From Calcarisporiella thermophila CBS 279.70 (lineage: Eukaryota > Fungi > Calcarisporiellomycota), in NCBI RefSeq assembly GCF_041956535.1, contig NW_027192196.1:1047823-1111822 (forward strand): 64,000 nucleotides of DNA. Direction: 5' to 3'. Below the pieces are notes generated by a model. It searched no databases. It was not told where the DNA came from and saw only the letters and a list, made by a program, of their open reading frames with translations. Positions 10,492 to 22,936 of the stretch are shown here, in pieces. The translations under genes were made by a program, and so were the position numbers. Numbering within the stretch: the first letter of the stretch is position 1; each line of letters starts with the position of its first letter.

Positions 10492-13000
10492 CTATGGGTT
10501 AAATTGGCTTTCGAGGTGGCCGCGGCCGATGCTCGGTGTAACGGAATGGGGATCGGGGATCGGCCCAATTGGGGCAGCTGGGGCAGCTCCGGCCTCGCTG
10601 CCAGGCGGGGCAGCGTTCCCAGGGCCGATCCAGGAGCCGGACCCGACTAGTGCATCTGGGCCGCTAGGTTTGGCAATGGAACTTGGGGCTTTTCCCGCCT
10701 GCCTCATGTACTCTACCCCCAAAGTCGCGGCGTCTGTCCCGTTCTCCGAGGCGGCCCCGATCCCACCATGAGCGCTCCTATCGATGGCGGCCGCCTGCTT
10801 CTGTTCCGCCAAACGCCGGCCGACGATATCTTCGAGACGAAGTTGGGTCCCACTGATCACGACCAGCTCCTCGAGCGATATCACCCCCTGCGTTAGCCTG
10901 TCAAAAGTCTGCTGCAGCCATTGCAGTAGTCCTGCCACGGGCGGCCACCGAGTCGCAGTACACTTCTTCAGGAGATTCAGGGTGAGGACAAGATGGCCCA
11001 TGGCGCGATGCCTCACGGCGGCGTCAGGGTGGTGACGCGTGATGAAGAGGTGGAGGTGGCACGCGAGGGTGGTGGGCGTGAAGAACCTAAAGTGGCACCA
11101 GCTGTTGCGACGGGCTATCTCGTTAAAGTACTGGGAGATCTTGCAGGCAGCCTTGGCTACTTCCTGGAGGCCCAGTGACCTCAGCTGCTGCGACACACCC
11201 ATCGGCCGCTTTTTGTCCTGGGCTGGGGTCTGCCTCTCCGGCGGCTCCTTGTCCGTTCCACCCTCACTCAGCAAGGAAAACCAGAACTGGGCCCAGAAGC
11301 ACCACAGGGTTTGTAAGCAAGCGAGCTCGTTCCAGGTGAGATTTCGGGGGTCCTGGCCGTCAAGGCCTTCCATCGAGAGTAGGTGACGCTTAAACACGGA
11401 GACAGTCAGCGCCACCATTTCCAGGAGGCGGCCTTCGGACACGTCGGGATCGATCCTGGGGAGGGTGTACATATCGAGGACGATTTCCGCGGTCTGGGCC
11501 ACATACGCCTAGAGGAGAGCATTCAAATCAGTGTAATCGAGGGGGGGGGGGGGGAGTCAACACTCCGAGCATCCAGCGGCATGCTTACCAGGCATCTCCG
11601 CGAGTCTTCGCTCTCCGAGGGCAGAGCAACAGGGCGCGCGACGTGGTGACGAATCTGAAACGCCATCATCGGGGGCATGCCGCCAAACACTGCCAAAGAG
11701 ACGTCCACCATATGCAATGCCCAGCTTATAGAAGAGAAACAAGACAAAAAATAAATACGTTATACTAACAAAGCACCCACCCCAGAGGGGGAGGAGGGGG
11801 GGGGGGGGGATGAGAGCAGTTCAGCACAAAGGAAAGCGTACCATAAGCGCCGGCGAGCCTCTCGTCGCAGCAGATTCTTTTCTCCCGGGTCGTCCTTCTC
11901 TAACCCTAGTTGTCGCGCCATGCTCACGGCGTGCCCCAGATAGGTGTATGCGCTGTTATAGTTCGGTTTAGCCAGCAGGAAATCGGAGATGGTCAGGGAG
12001 GCTAGCACGGTAAGCTCCGAGGGTTCATCGAATACGTCCTCGAGGTGAGCCCGCGCTTTTTCAAAGCTAGCTTTAGCTATAGCGCGAAGATCCTGGTCGG
12101 GCTGATGGGTATGGCAGAGGTAGCTGTGCTGCGCAGCCCACGCAACCGCAGCATAAACAAACGCAAAATCTAACTCGTCACGATAGAAGCTGACAAGAGC
12201 AGAAAGGTTAGCAAAAAATAAAAGGTTGGTAGATGGGTTGCAGAATGAAGATGGCCTACCGCTCCAGTAAATCGGCCCGATCCACACATTGATAGAGGAT
12301 GAAGCTAGAGTGAAAAGACAGGAGTTCACGAATCTGGCCATGTAACTAACACTCGCCATCTTACTTACCATGGCGACGCATAGATGTGAAAAAGCCCATC
12401 AATGATGTGACGACGACTCATCGATGTGTCCTGCAGCAAAACTCTGGCATCCGCCAATACCTTTTCATCGGGCTCCGACTCCGAAATACACTGATTGAAG
12501 AATGGTTTCAAGTAGAATGGATGCCTCAGATGCTGAGCGGGGCCATTGGAGGATGGTAATCGAGTCAAGCCCTTCGTTTCGGTTCTATCATGAGCATTGG
12601 ACAGGGATGGTAATGAACGAGTGCGATTCTGTACGAGGAAGAGTCTGGTTGCTCCAGTGGGATCGTCGGAATGGTTGTTTGCCAACCGATACAAATCCGA
12701 AGCGGTGTGCAGCTTTAGAGAGAATTTGAAAGGCTGCGGATTACCAAAGGGCGGACGCGCCTCTATGCGCTGCCGCTTGGATGAGGAAGGGGGTGGCAAA
12801 GATTTGCTGCAGGATGGATCAGGGGAGGAGATGGATCCGATGGTCGACTCAAGGGTCTTCATCTGGGATTCCAGCTCGGACATGTGAGCGCTGAGACGAT
12901 CGAGGACGGCATCCTCGCACACCAGGGGATCCGTGCTCGGCTTTTTTGTCTTGGGAGGCGGAGAGGGGGATGAGGGGGTGGAAGGAGCCTGAGAATCCAT
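10492..13000 (-). CDS. Fungal_trans/middle-homology-domain regulator without Zn2Cys6 domain (paralog 2, intact, 5 exons)
   Basis: AVSMARQLGLEKDD...REARRRL; heptad LSAHMSELESQMKTLE; introns 12368-12305 and 12259-12190 plus two shared with paralog 1. Confidence 0.8.
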
Positions 13001-14002
13001 GGTCGACTGAGCAGGGCCCGGCACCGAACGAAAAATTATTAATGCTCTCAAAAGGCCGGACGAAAAAGGAAGCCCTTGAGCGGAAAGGGCAGATATTAAC
13101 GAATCTTGGATGCTCGAAGATCCGAATGTATCTGGGATTACCAATTGCAGAACATGGAACATCCCACCCTCTAAGGGGCGCCGGCTTGTTTTGTTTTTCC
13201 TGCTCTCTCCTCCCCGAACAAACAGGCTCTTGGCGGCGCAAGAGGACATGCGCCGCTCTGTGGCCACACGCAGTCCTTGCGCCGCGTTGCTGCGTCGCTT
13301 CGCCCCTCCCAATGGGGGTTGCTGGCGCGACGCTGACCAAGCTAGCAGCGGCAGCTGCGGCGGGCGATTGGAAGGCTGATGCGCCGGACCGTGGGGGAGA
13401 CGGGTTAGGGGGGGAGGCGCGGAGGGCAGAGGCGTGGGCAAAGAGGGAAGAATGAGCAGCGAAAAGAGCCCAAGGCATTTGTAAGCAGGGAGATCAGCAA
13501 ATCCGGGGCCGGAAGGGCAGGCGGAATGGGCAATCGTATCGAGAGGCCAGAGGAGGGAAGAAGGTTGGCCGATTAACCATAGTAGAGAAATGGAGGAATT
13601 TGTCGACCCAGCATGCTCTTCAATATGTATTTTTGCGGCTTGGATTGAGCATCTTATGAAAGCAAAGATCTACCTCCACAAACGAAACCGCTTCTCCTCC
13701 TCCTTCCCTATATATATATTTCCGTCCACCCTTTCTCCACACCGCCCGCGTCTTCACTCCTCCTTTTTCTCTGCATCATCCTTTCCTCCCCCCGCATCTA
13801 TCACGTACTGCTATAGACGCCGCTACAGCCATTGATTCCATGTAAGCCCTCGTGCCCATGACCTGAGACATTGTCCCCTAACGCCTCTCTTTCTCTTGCC
13901 TTCTCTCCCCATTTCAAGTGGATTCCCCACGCTTTATCCGGCTTTCTCTCACACACATAGCGCCTAATCTCCGCGGCATCGTCGCTAGACAATCCTGACA
14001 GT

Positions 14003-14769
14003 ATGGCAGACAACATCGAGGGAATACGGTCATTGCCGCTCAAATGTGGCAGAACAGCAACACGTATGTATCCTCTAACATCGCTACTTGCTTTGCGCGG
14101 GCGCTCACATCCCTTACCATCTTTCTCTTGGATGTAGCAGTCGCCCCTCCCTCCAAGGCAAAAGACTCTCCCCTCACCACGGAAAACATCGAGATGGCGG
14201 TCCAGGCGATGGACATCCGCTATCGCACTACGTTTGGGCAGTGGATTCGCAGCCCAGGAAACACATCGTGCACGGGCGAGCGCTTGCGACGTGTCATCCT
14301 TGCGCGCAAGCCTCCGGTGCCCGATGTGGCACGCGTCCTAAAATGGGTGACGGAGTCGTGGGAGGCCGGCGTGCGCCAGCAGCTGGTGCGCGCGGTCACC
14401 TTCGGTTGGGAGGCGGACAAGCGGCGCCTTCTTGAGTTTTGGATGGTGCGACTGGAAAGGGGCTTTGAGGTGGAGAGCGGAAAACGCAAAAAGCGGAAGA
14501 GAGAGGAGCTCGTGCGCTCTGGAAACGAGAGATCGGCGCGTGTAAGATCGCTCTCGCAGAGGGTGCCTGACGTGGAGAGTGTGACGCGCCAGGATGAGCA
14601 GGAGAAGGAGGACGGGGATAGGGGGGAGAGTGGTGATGATATCAAGGAGGTGAGGGATGAAGAGGAGGAGGAGGGGGGGCGCGAAGGGAAGCGATCAAGA
14701 ATCGAGGAGAATCCTTCGTCGTCAGATCAGTTCGGGATGGACGGCGGATCAAGTGGATTCGCGCTATAG
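14003..14769 (+). CDS. Hypothetical protein (Trp-rich helical domain, basic NLS-like KRKKRKR, acidic tail)
   Basis: ATG 14003, intron from gtatgt at 14064 to tagcag at 14135-14140, then a long open exon. Confidence 0.6.
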
Positions 14770-16008
14770 CTGCCCCTCCCCTCCCCCACACCAACCTCAA
14801 CCTTCATCCCCCCAAAGTTGCAACCTCATCTCACTGCTTCATTATGGAGGGCGTATATCATGCTGGTTGACTTAATACTAATCCGCCTCTCATCATCCAT
14901 TGCTTATTGTAAGTTCTTTTTCGTGATATTGATGTTATTTCTTTATACTTCAGGGAAGATGAATCTATATTTCGCTATTTCTATTTGTGTATTTTCTCGA
15001 TTCCATATCTTTTTGTAATATACTCTACGTTTGGCCTCCCCACCCTGAATCTTTGGCCTACTCGTTGAGCGGAGGGGTGATTCCCGCAAATCTCCCCCCC
15101 TCTCTCCGCGCGCCCTCCTCCCAACCTCGATGATGAGTAAAAATGCGCAATTGCTCCCCGCCGGGAGATATCGTGGCGGCGTATCTGTGGGAGGATCCAT
15201 CGGCAGCCTTTCTCGATTTTTTATTTCCCTATATTTGTACAGAGCATAGGCGAATTCACAAAGCAGGCGTGACAAACCAGTTACTACTAAAAACGGGCAA
15301 TGCCAAAAGCCTGCCACTGTAAAACAAAACATGGATGAAGGGACTCCGAAGTGTAAATCTTCCCTTGCATCTGACGCCAGCCCTGGGTCTGCTTTTTTGT
15401 TTGACCATTGCGAAACGACCAGTGTACCAAGTCAAATTGAACTTTTGTGTTAGACTAAATTAACCGGTGGGCTTCTATTTTCATGATAAAGGCGAAGGCC
15501 CCTTATTTGCCAGCTATTCAGCATTATTTTATCGCGAGGCCCTCTATCCCATTCATCGATCAGCATTGTGCCCGAAAGAGAGTGCAGGCTGTTTAGTTGA
15601 GCCGTTTCCTCCTTAAGAGAGGATGCTGAAAGGACTGCCATCGGGTTATATCGGCATTGCAAAGAGACGCACAAGGACCATGGTGAAGGCCAGAAAGGGC
15701 GATGGAGAGGGAGGTAGGAGAGGATGGAGAGAGCTGCATGTATCCGCGTCGTTTAAATCGGATGTAATATTTTGTCGTGCAGCTTTTTCCTTATGCTTAT
15801 TTGGCTCCTTAGGGCTTCAATGGGAGAGGGGGTGATTTCAGCATCGTAACATTTACTCATGCCGCAAATCATACGTCCAACCCGGCGTGAAAATATTCAA
15901 ACAATAATCTCCCGGCTGTAGCTCTCTTCCCGAAAACTGAGGAAACTTTCGTTTAGTTTTATTTTTTTTTCATAAGCTTTCTCTCATTCCATCCAAATAG
16001 AGTGTAAA

Positions 16009-17649
<1,641 letters not shown>

Positions 17650-18174
17650 ATCCCTTCCCCCATCCCCCACCCCTCTGTTAGATATTTAAACGTTATATTA
17701 TTCTATACATATGTGTGTGTATGTGTTGCGCCGGGTTTGTGTTTATCTCTTTAGACCGGTGACAAAAAAAAATAACAGTAGGAAAGCACCATAACAACAA
17801 TAAACATTTCCACTCGACACTATGTGTACGTAGGTTTTTTTTCTCCGGAAAACCAAACTCTGAGGATAGAGGGAGAGGGGCGCATTGACCAGAATGGAAG
17901 AGAAGTATATATTTACTTACATACACTCAAAGAAAAAAGTTAAAAAAAGAAATAAAGAAATAGAAAGAAAGCCAATAACAACAGTGTTGAAAAAAAAGAG
18001 AGAAAATATATATATATATATTTATCAAGAACGAAAGATACGAGAGAAGAGGAAAAAAGAAAAAGAAAAAGAAAAAAAATTATAAATAAACCAAATATGT
18101 AAAGGAAACAAGTAGAAAAAGCATGAACTTTTTTTTTGGTTGAAGTTCCCCCCGTTAAATAGAAAAGAAAGAAG

Positions 18175-21100
18175 TTATAATGTCACGCCCTTAGTCCCGC
18201 TCCAAATCCAGCCTGACCGGTAAATGATCCCATCGTTTCTCACCAGGAGGATCGGCACCTTCACCGACTCGTTGCCCACCCATGCTCCCGGAGCCCAACA
18301 CCGGAGGGTGCCCTGGGCGGCGTCCTCCTCCAACCGCTCAGCAGGCTCCGTGCCAAACCACACCGTCAGAACACTGGCGTCCAAGGCCTCGCCCACAATG
18401 GTGACCTCCTGGGGGTGGGTGGGTTCGGAGTGGATCTGCGAGATGAGCGGTACGGGCGACACGGTGATGTTGTGCAGCGGGACCGAGGGGTGGGCGTGGG
18501 CGTGCGGCGTGTAGAAAGTGTACTGCACACAGTCCGTGCCAACAATCGTCCACACCCCTGCGTCGCCGACCTCCTCGCTCCAAAGGGAAGCCATGTAAAG
18601 GCTGGGTCCCCGCTTGCGCTTGCGCTCCACCTGCAAGCTGTTCCGCCTCCGTCGGCCGGCCATGGCGTTCTCGGCGGCGGCCATGGCGGAGCCCATGCTT
18701 GAGGCCGTGGTGGGGGTGGCGGGTGCGGTGCCTGGCCCGCAGGGCAGGGGGTTGGGGGCGCTTGTGTACTGGGTCGGGAGGGACACGCACGACACGCGCC
18801 GCTTTTGAAGCGCCTTGCCGTCGAGCTGCGAGGTGACCATCGGTAGGCCGAACATCTCGGAGGTAGGGGAGGGCGATTCGTCGCCGATCGGCCGCGCATT
18901 CGTGCACTCGTCCGAGGAGGTGATGTGGGAGGGCATGCCGTTGAGCGAGCGCCGGCTACCTTCGAGCGCGCGGCCTTGCCCCACCCCGTCGGAAAGACAT
19001 GAAAGGTACACGCCCGGCCCGCTCAGGTCCGACACCGCGTTGATGTCCCGGATCTCAAACGCGACCTTGTGCAGTTGGGAAACAGGATCCCCGAGCCCTA
19101 GCAAAGCAAGCGCAAAAACAGACCCATTTAGATCACGCCCGATCTAGAGCACGAAGCGGGAAAAAGAAAATAGGGAGAATAATTACCCTCTTCACCCCAG
19201 AGCCCACCGCCCCCGCCTCCCCCCGCACCCGCCCCTAGGGCGGCCTCGTTCGCGCCCAGCATTTGCCCGGGGGCAATTCCACCGCCCACGACCATACTCC
19301 CCTTGTCGACCCGCCGTAGGATCATGACCGGGCTCATCAGGCCGGTGGTGACGCACTGAAGCACCACAGGCTGGTTGTAGTGGATGGGAATGGGGGGTTG
19401 CGAAGGGTTTGCTCGCAGCGCAATGGCCGGCGGCGGGGGGTAACCTGGTCGCTGCGGAGGAGGCGAGGCGTCCTTCCCGTTGGAGCCGTCCCCCATGCTC
19501 GAGGAGGAGGCGGGCTGCCTGTTTTTCAAGTCCACGATCCAGACCACGTAGGGATCCCAGCCGCTTGTCCGTGCAACGAACACGGCATTGCCGACGCTTT
19601 GTGTGGAGCGGGACTCCGTCCACGACGCGTCCATCATGTTTTGGTAGACGTGGGCGTCGCTCCAACCGGAGAGTGGAGATCCCTGTTGGTGCGTGGGGGA
19701 GCTGGAGGTGCCGAGGTATTTTGTGGAGACCGTCTGGGACCGGATGCGATTGAAGAGCGCTATGGTGCTTCCATGGTGAATGCACACTGCGAGAGCAACA
19801 CAGAGTCAGGGTTAAGTTCTCGATGATGCAACGATAAAAAAAAGCTCTCGACTCCAAAAAATCAACTTACAGTCAGCATTTTTGGCGCTCTGGCGCTTCT
19901 TGCTCGGTTTCGAAATGACCTTGACCGGCCTGCTCGCAAAGGTGCCCAGCAGAGCCCCGGAGGGGTACTGCAGGGTTGCCATCAACTCCACCTTCTTTCG
20001 CTTCTCGTCGGCGTCACTGATGAACAAATGTTTCGATACACATCGTGCCAAACCCACCGCCTCCATGGCCGACCCCACCGGGTTGGCCCCAAGGTTGTTT
20101 GGGTCGATGATGGCGCCGGAAATCGTCACCCATTCCAGCGGGGCCGCTTGCGCCGCCTCGGCCCCGATTCCTACCGTCAGCCGGGGTAGGTTCCCGAGGC
20201 CGTCGGCGGCCCCGCCTTGCCCCGACCCATCCCCCGCATTATTCTCGGCCCACCGGGATCCCAGGAGAAGGGTGATGGGGGGCGGGCAAAGGAAGCGCTT
20301 CTCCGTCCCGTACGACTTCTGGGCCACCCGAGAGGTGAAGATGAGGACCCGGCGTTCGCCCGCCGCGGTGGGCGAAGGGTAGGCCATGTAGTGTTGCACG
20401 ATGTTCTTGAGGGGAGCCAATCTCGTATCGACCATGGTGTGCGGTATCAAGCCGTCCCCCGTGACACGCTCCAGGCTCTGGCTGCTGCCGCAGCTCTCCT
20501 CCTCGGCATGCGTTGGGAGGGGCCGGTTCAACTGCTTCATCAGGCTGGGGGTCAGGGGGGTTCCCGGGGAGGGCGGCGCGGACACCGACGAGGAGAAGCT
20601 GCTCGGGGTCGCGGGCGGGGATCGCATTACGGATGAGCGGCGTCGGCCAGCTACCGCCGCTGCCGCCGAGGGGGCCAGGATGGATCTTGCCCGCCTGCTG
20701 GGATGAAAGTGGTTGCTGAAATAGTCCGTCTCCTCGGGGGGCACGGTGGTGGCATTGAACTGCGGCGGATGCTGTGACTGGATGTCCGGAGAGTATCGGA
20801 CATTCAAGGCCCCGTGCTGATTCGGTAGCGGCCCCGCATTGCCGTCCACAACTCCTCCTCCCTGCATCGCCTGTGTGGAGGCATCCAAGGGGATCGGCGT
20901 CATGTATGCGCCGTTCTGCCCGACGTGGTTGCCGTGGGCAGAGGCGGAGTGGTTGACGGAGTGGCTGTGAATTGAGTTTAGGACATCGATAAAGTGCGGC
21001 GAGAACATGGTGGGGGTGGGGGGCTGAGAATTATGCAGAGAGGCTGGCCGTAGGGGGTGGAATGCGTTCATATTGGAGATATCTCCCAGCTGGAGCATTT

Positions 21101-21425
21101 GCGGGCGGCGGCCACGAGACCGCGAGTCGACCGAGATGGTGGAGGGGTGTTGATCGTCGGGGTGATAGGAAGAGGGAGAGGGTTCGGAGGGAGGGGAGAT
21201 GGTCGTTACAGGGGGGTTGTGCTGAATCGTAAGGGAGTGTGGTGGCGGTTGGTGTGGCTGTTGCGCAGCAAGGCTGCCATGACAATAAAACTGTGAAGAT
21301 GCCTGAGAGGAGGCCTGGAGGGTTGTGGTGGGCGGCTGTGGATCGAATGGCGCGCTCATCCCGGCCCCAAAATCAAATTCCCCAACAGGCTGCTGCGGCG
21401 GCTGCTCTTGCCGCTGCGGTTGCTG

Positions 21426-21467
<42 letters not shown>

Positions 21468-22046
21468 ATCCTCAAGTAGCTGCGGTTGTCTCGGTTGCTC
21501 GTGAGGCTGTGCGGAGAGATCAGATGGGGGCATGGAATCATATTGCGCTGGGCTTGCTTGCCGCTCCTCAGAGAAGTCCACCCCGGGACGCTCCGTGGCG
21601 AAGGAAGGGAATCCGCCTGCATGCTCGTCCAGCTCCGGGAATGAGAACAGGGGATCCAGGGAAAGCACGTCTTCGGTGGTGCCGGAGAAGGAGGGAGGGG
21701 GCGGGGGAACCTGTGGCTGGAAAGCATCCGCCGACGGGATCTTCATCCATGCCGGGGATGACATTGAATGCTGCTGTTCCAAGCCATACACGGCCTGGCC
21801 GTTCAATGTGAATGGATGGCCATCGCTATTCATGAGCCGCTCCGATGAATGGAACATCTGGGCCTGAGGCCAGGTGGGCAGAGTGGGCTGGGCGTGCTGG
21901 AGCATAAGGGCGTGCTGATGATTCGTGTACATTTCGACGACATCGTGCCCCAGGGGCGCCTCAGGCTTGCGTTTACGTGTTGCGAGCTCTTCCTGCGGTG
22001 AGGGAGGCTGAAATGTGTAATCGGGGCACAGTTCAGGCTGCAGCAT
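18175..22046 (-). CDS. Fungal CSL (CBF1/Su(H)/Lag-1) transcription factor, long low-complexity N-terminus (probably class F2/Cbf12-like)
   Basis: VAQKSYGTEKRFLCPPP, VISKPSKKRQS, FNRIRSQTVSTKYL, GDPVSQLHKVAF, C-terminal IPT-like ILLVRNDGIIY; exons 22046-19871, 19786-19187, 19097-18175. Confidence 0.92.
21421..21467 (-). repeat. CAG/CAA trinucleotide repeat encoding polyQ in CSL
   Basis: (tgc)n/(tgt)n run on + strand. Confidence 0.9.
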
Positions 22047-22936
22047 GGCGGCAATTATCTATTTCAAACACAAGCATTAGCGGTTAGAATTTCCGTTTCA
22101 GAATCAGGTGAATGAATTCAAAACGGACAAGATAGTCAGCGAAACCGATATTACGAAACTACCCTGCTGGTGCGGCCACTCGAGAAAATAGCAAAAAAAA
22201 ACAGAGAGGAAAAACGGTCAAAATAGGGGGAGGAAAGAGGGGGAAGGGGAGGAGTGAGAGGGAGAGTGGAGAGAGGGGGGGATGCTTAGCAGTTATGGAA
22301 GATGGTTAGATGGAGCACAAAGTAATATTAAAAAATAAAGAAGTTTACGGGAGGGGGAGGAGAACAGGAAAACGAAATAGAATTCTTGTTCTGAGTAGAA
22401 CAATAGCCGAGGCTTTCGCAGACTAAAGCATGGAATTACATGAACCGCTGCTCATGGAAAAGAGGGAAAAAAAGAGGCACTGGCGCTTGAATGCAACGTA
22501 AAAAATTGGCCAAAAAAAAAAGAGCTCGAAAAAAACATAGGTGTAGCAGGGTGGAGTAGTGCAAAGTTTGCTGAAGCAATAGGAAAAAAAAAACGTTAGG
22601 TTAGGTTAGATTTGCCCTTGGGCGGACATCTAGTTTTTCAAGTTACAGCCTGTGCAAGCAAATCTGAACTCAACTCAAAAGCTTCGAATGAAAAGCAGAT
22701 CCTAGCCCTGTGCATTTTCATAGGGAGATGGAGGGGCAGAGAGTTCAAAGGTTTATTTGTGCCGCTCCTCCAAACATTCTTGTGATGGAGCAGCCGTGAT
22801 ATACGTTTCCGGCGGTTAATACACAGATAAATAAGCAACAACAAAGGGGTCGGTGTAGGGCTAGGGTCGCCTTCGCGCCAGCTCACAGCGCCCTCCTCCC
22901 TCCCCGCCCCCCCCCCCCCCCGTCCGCGCTCTCTGC

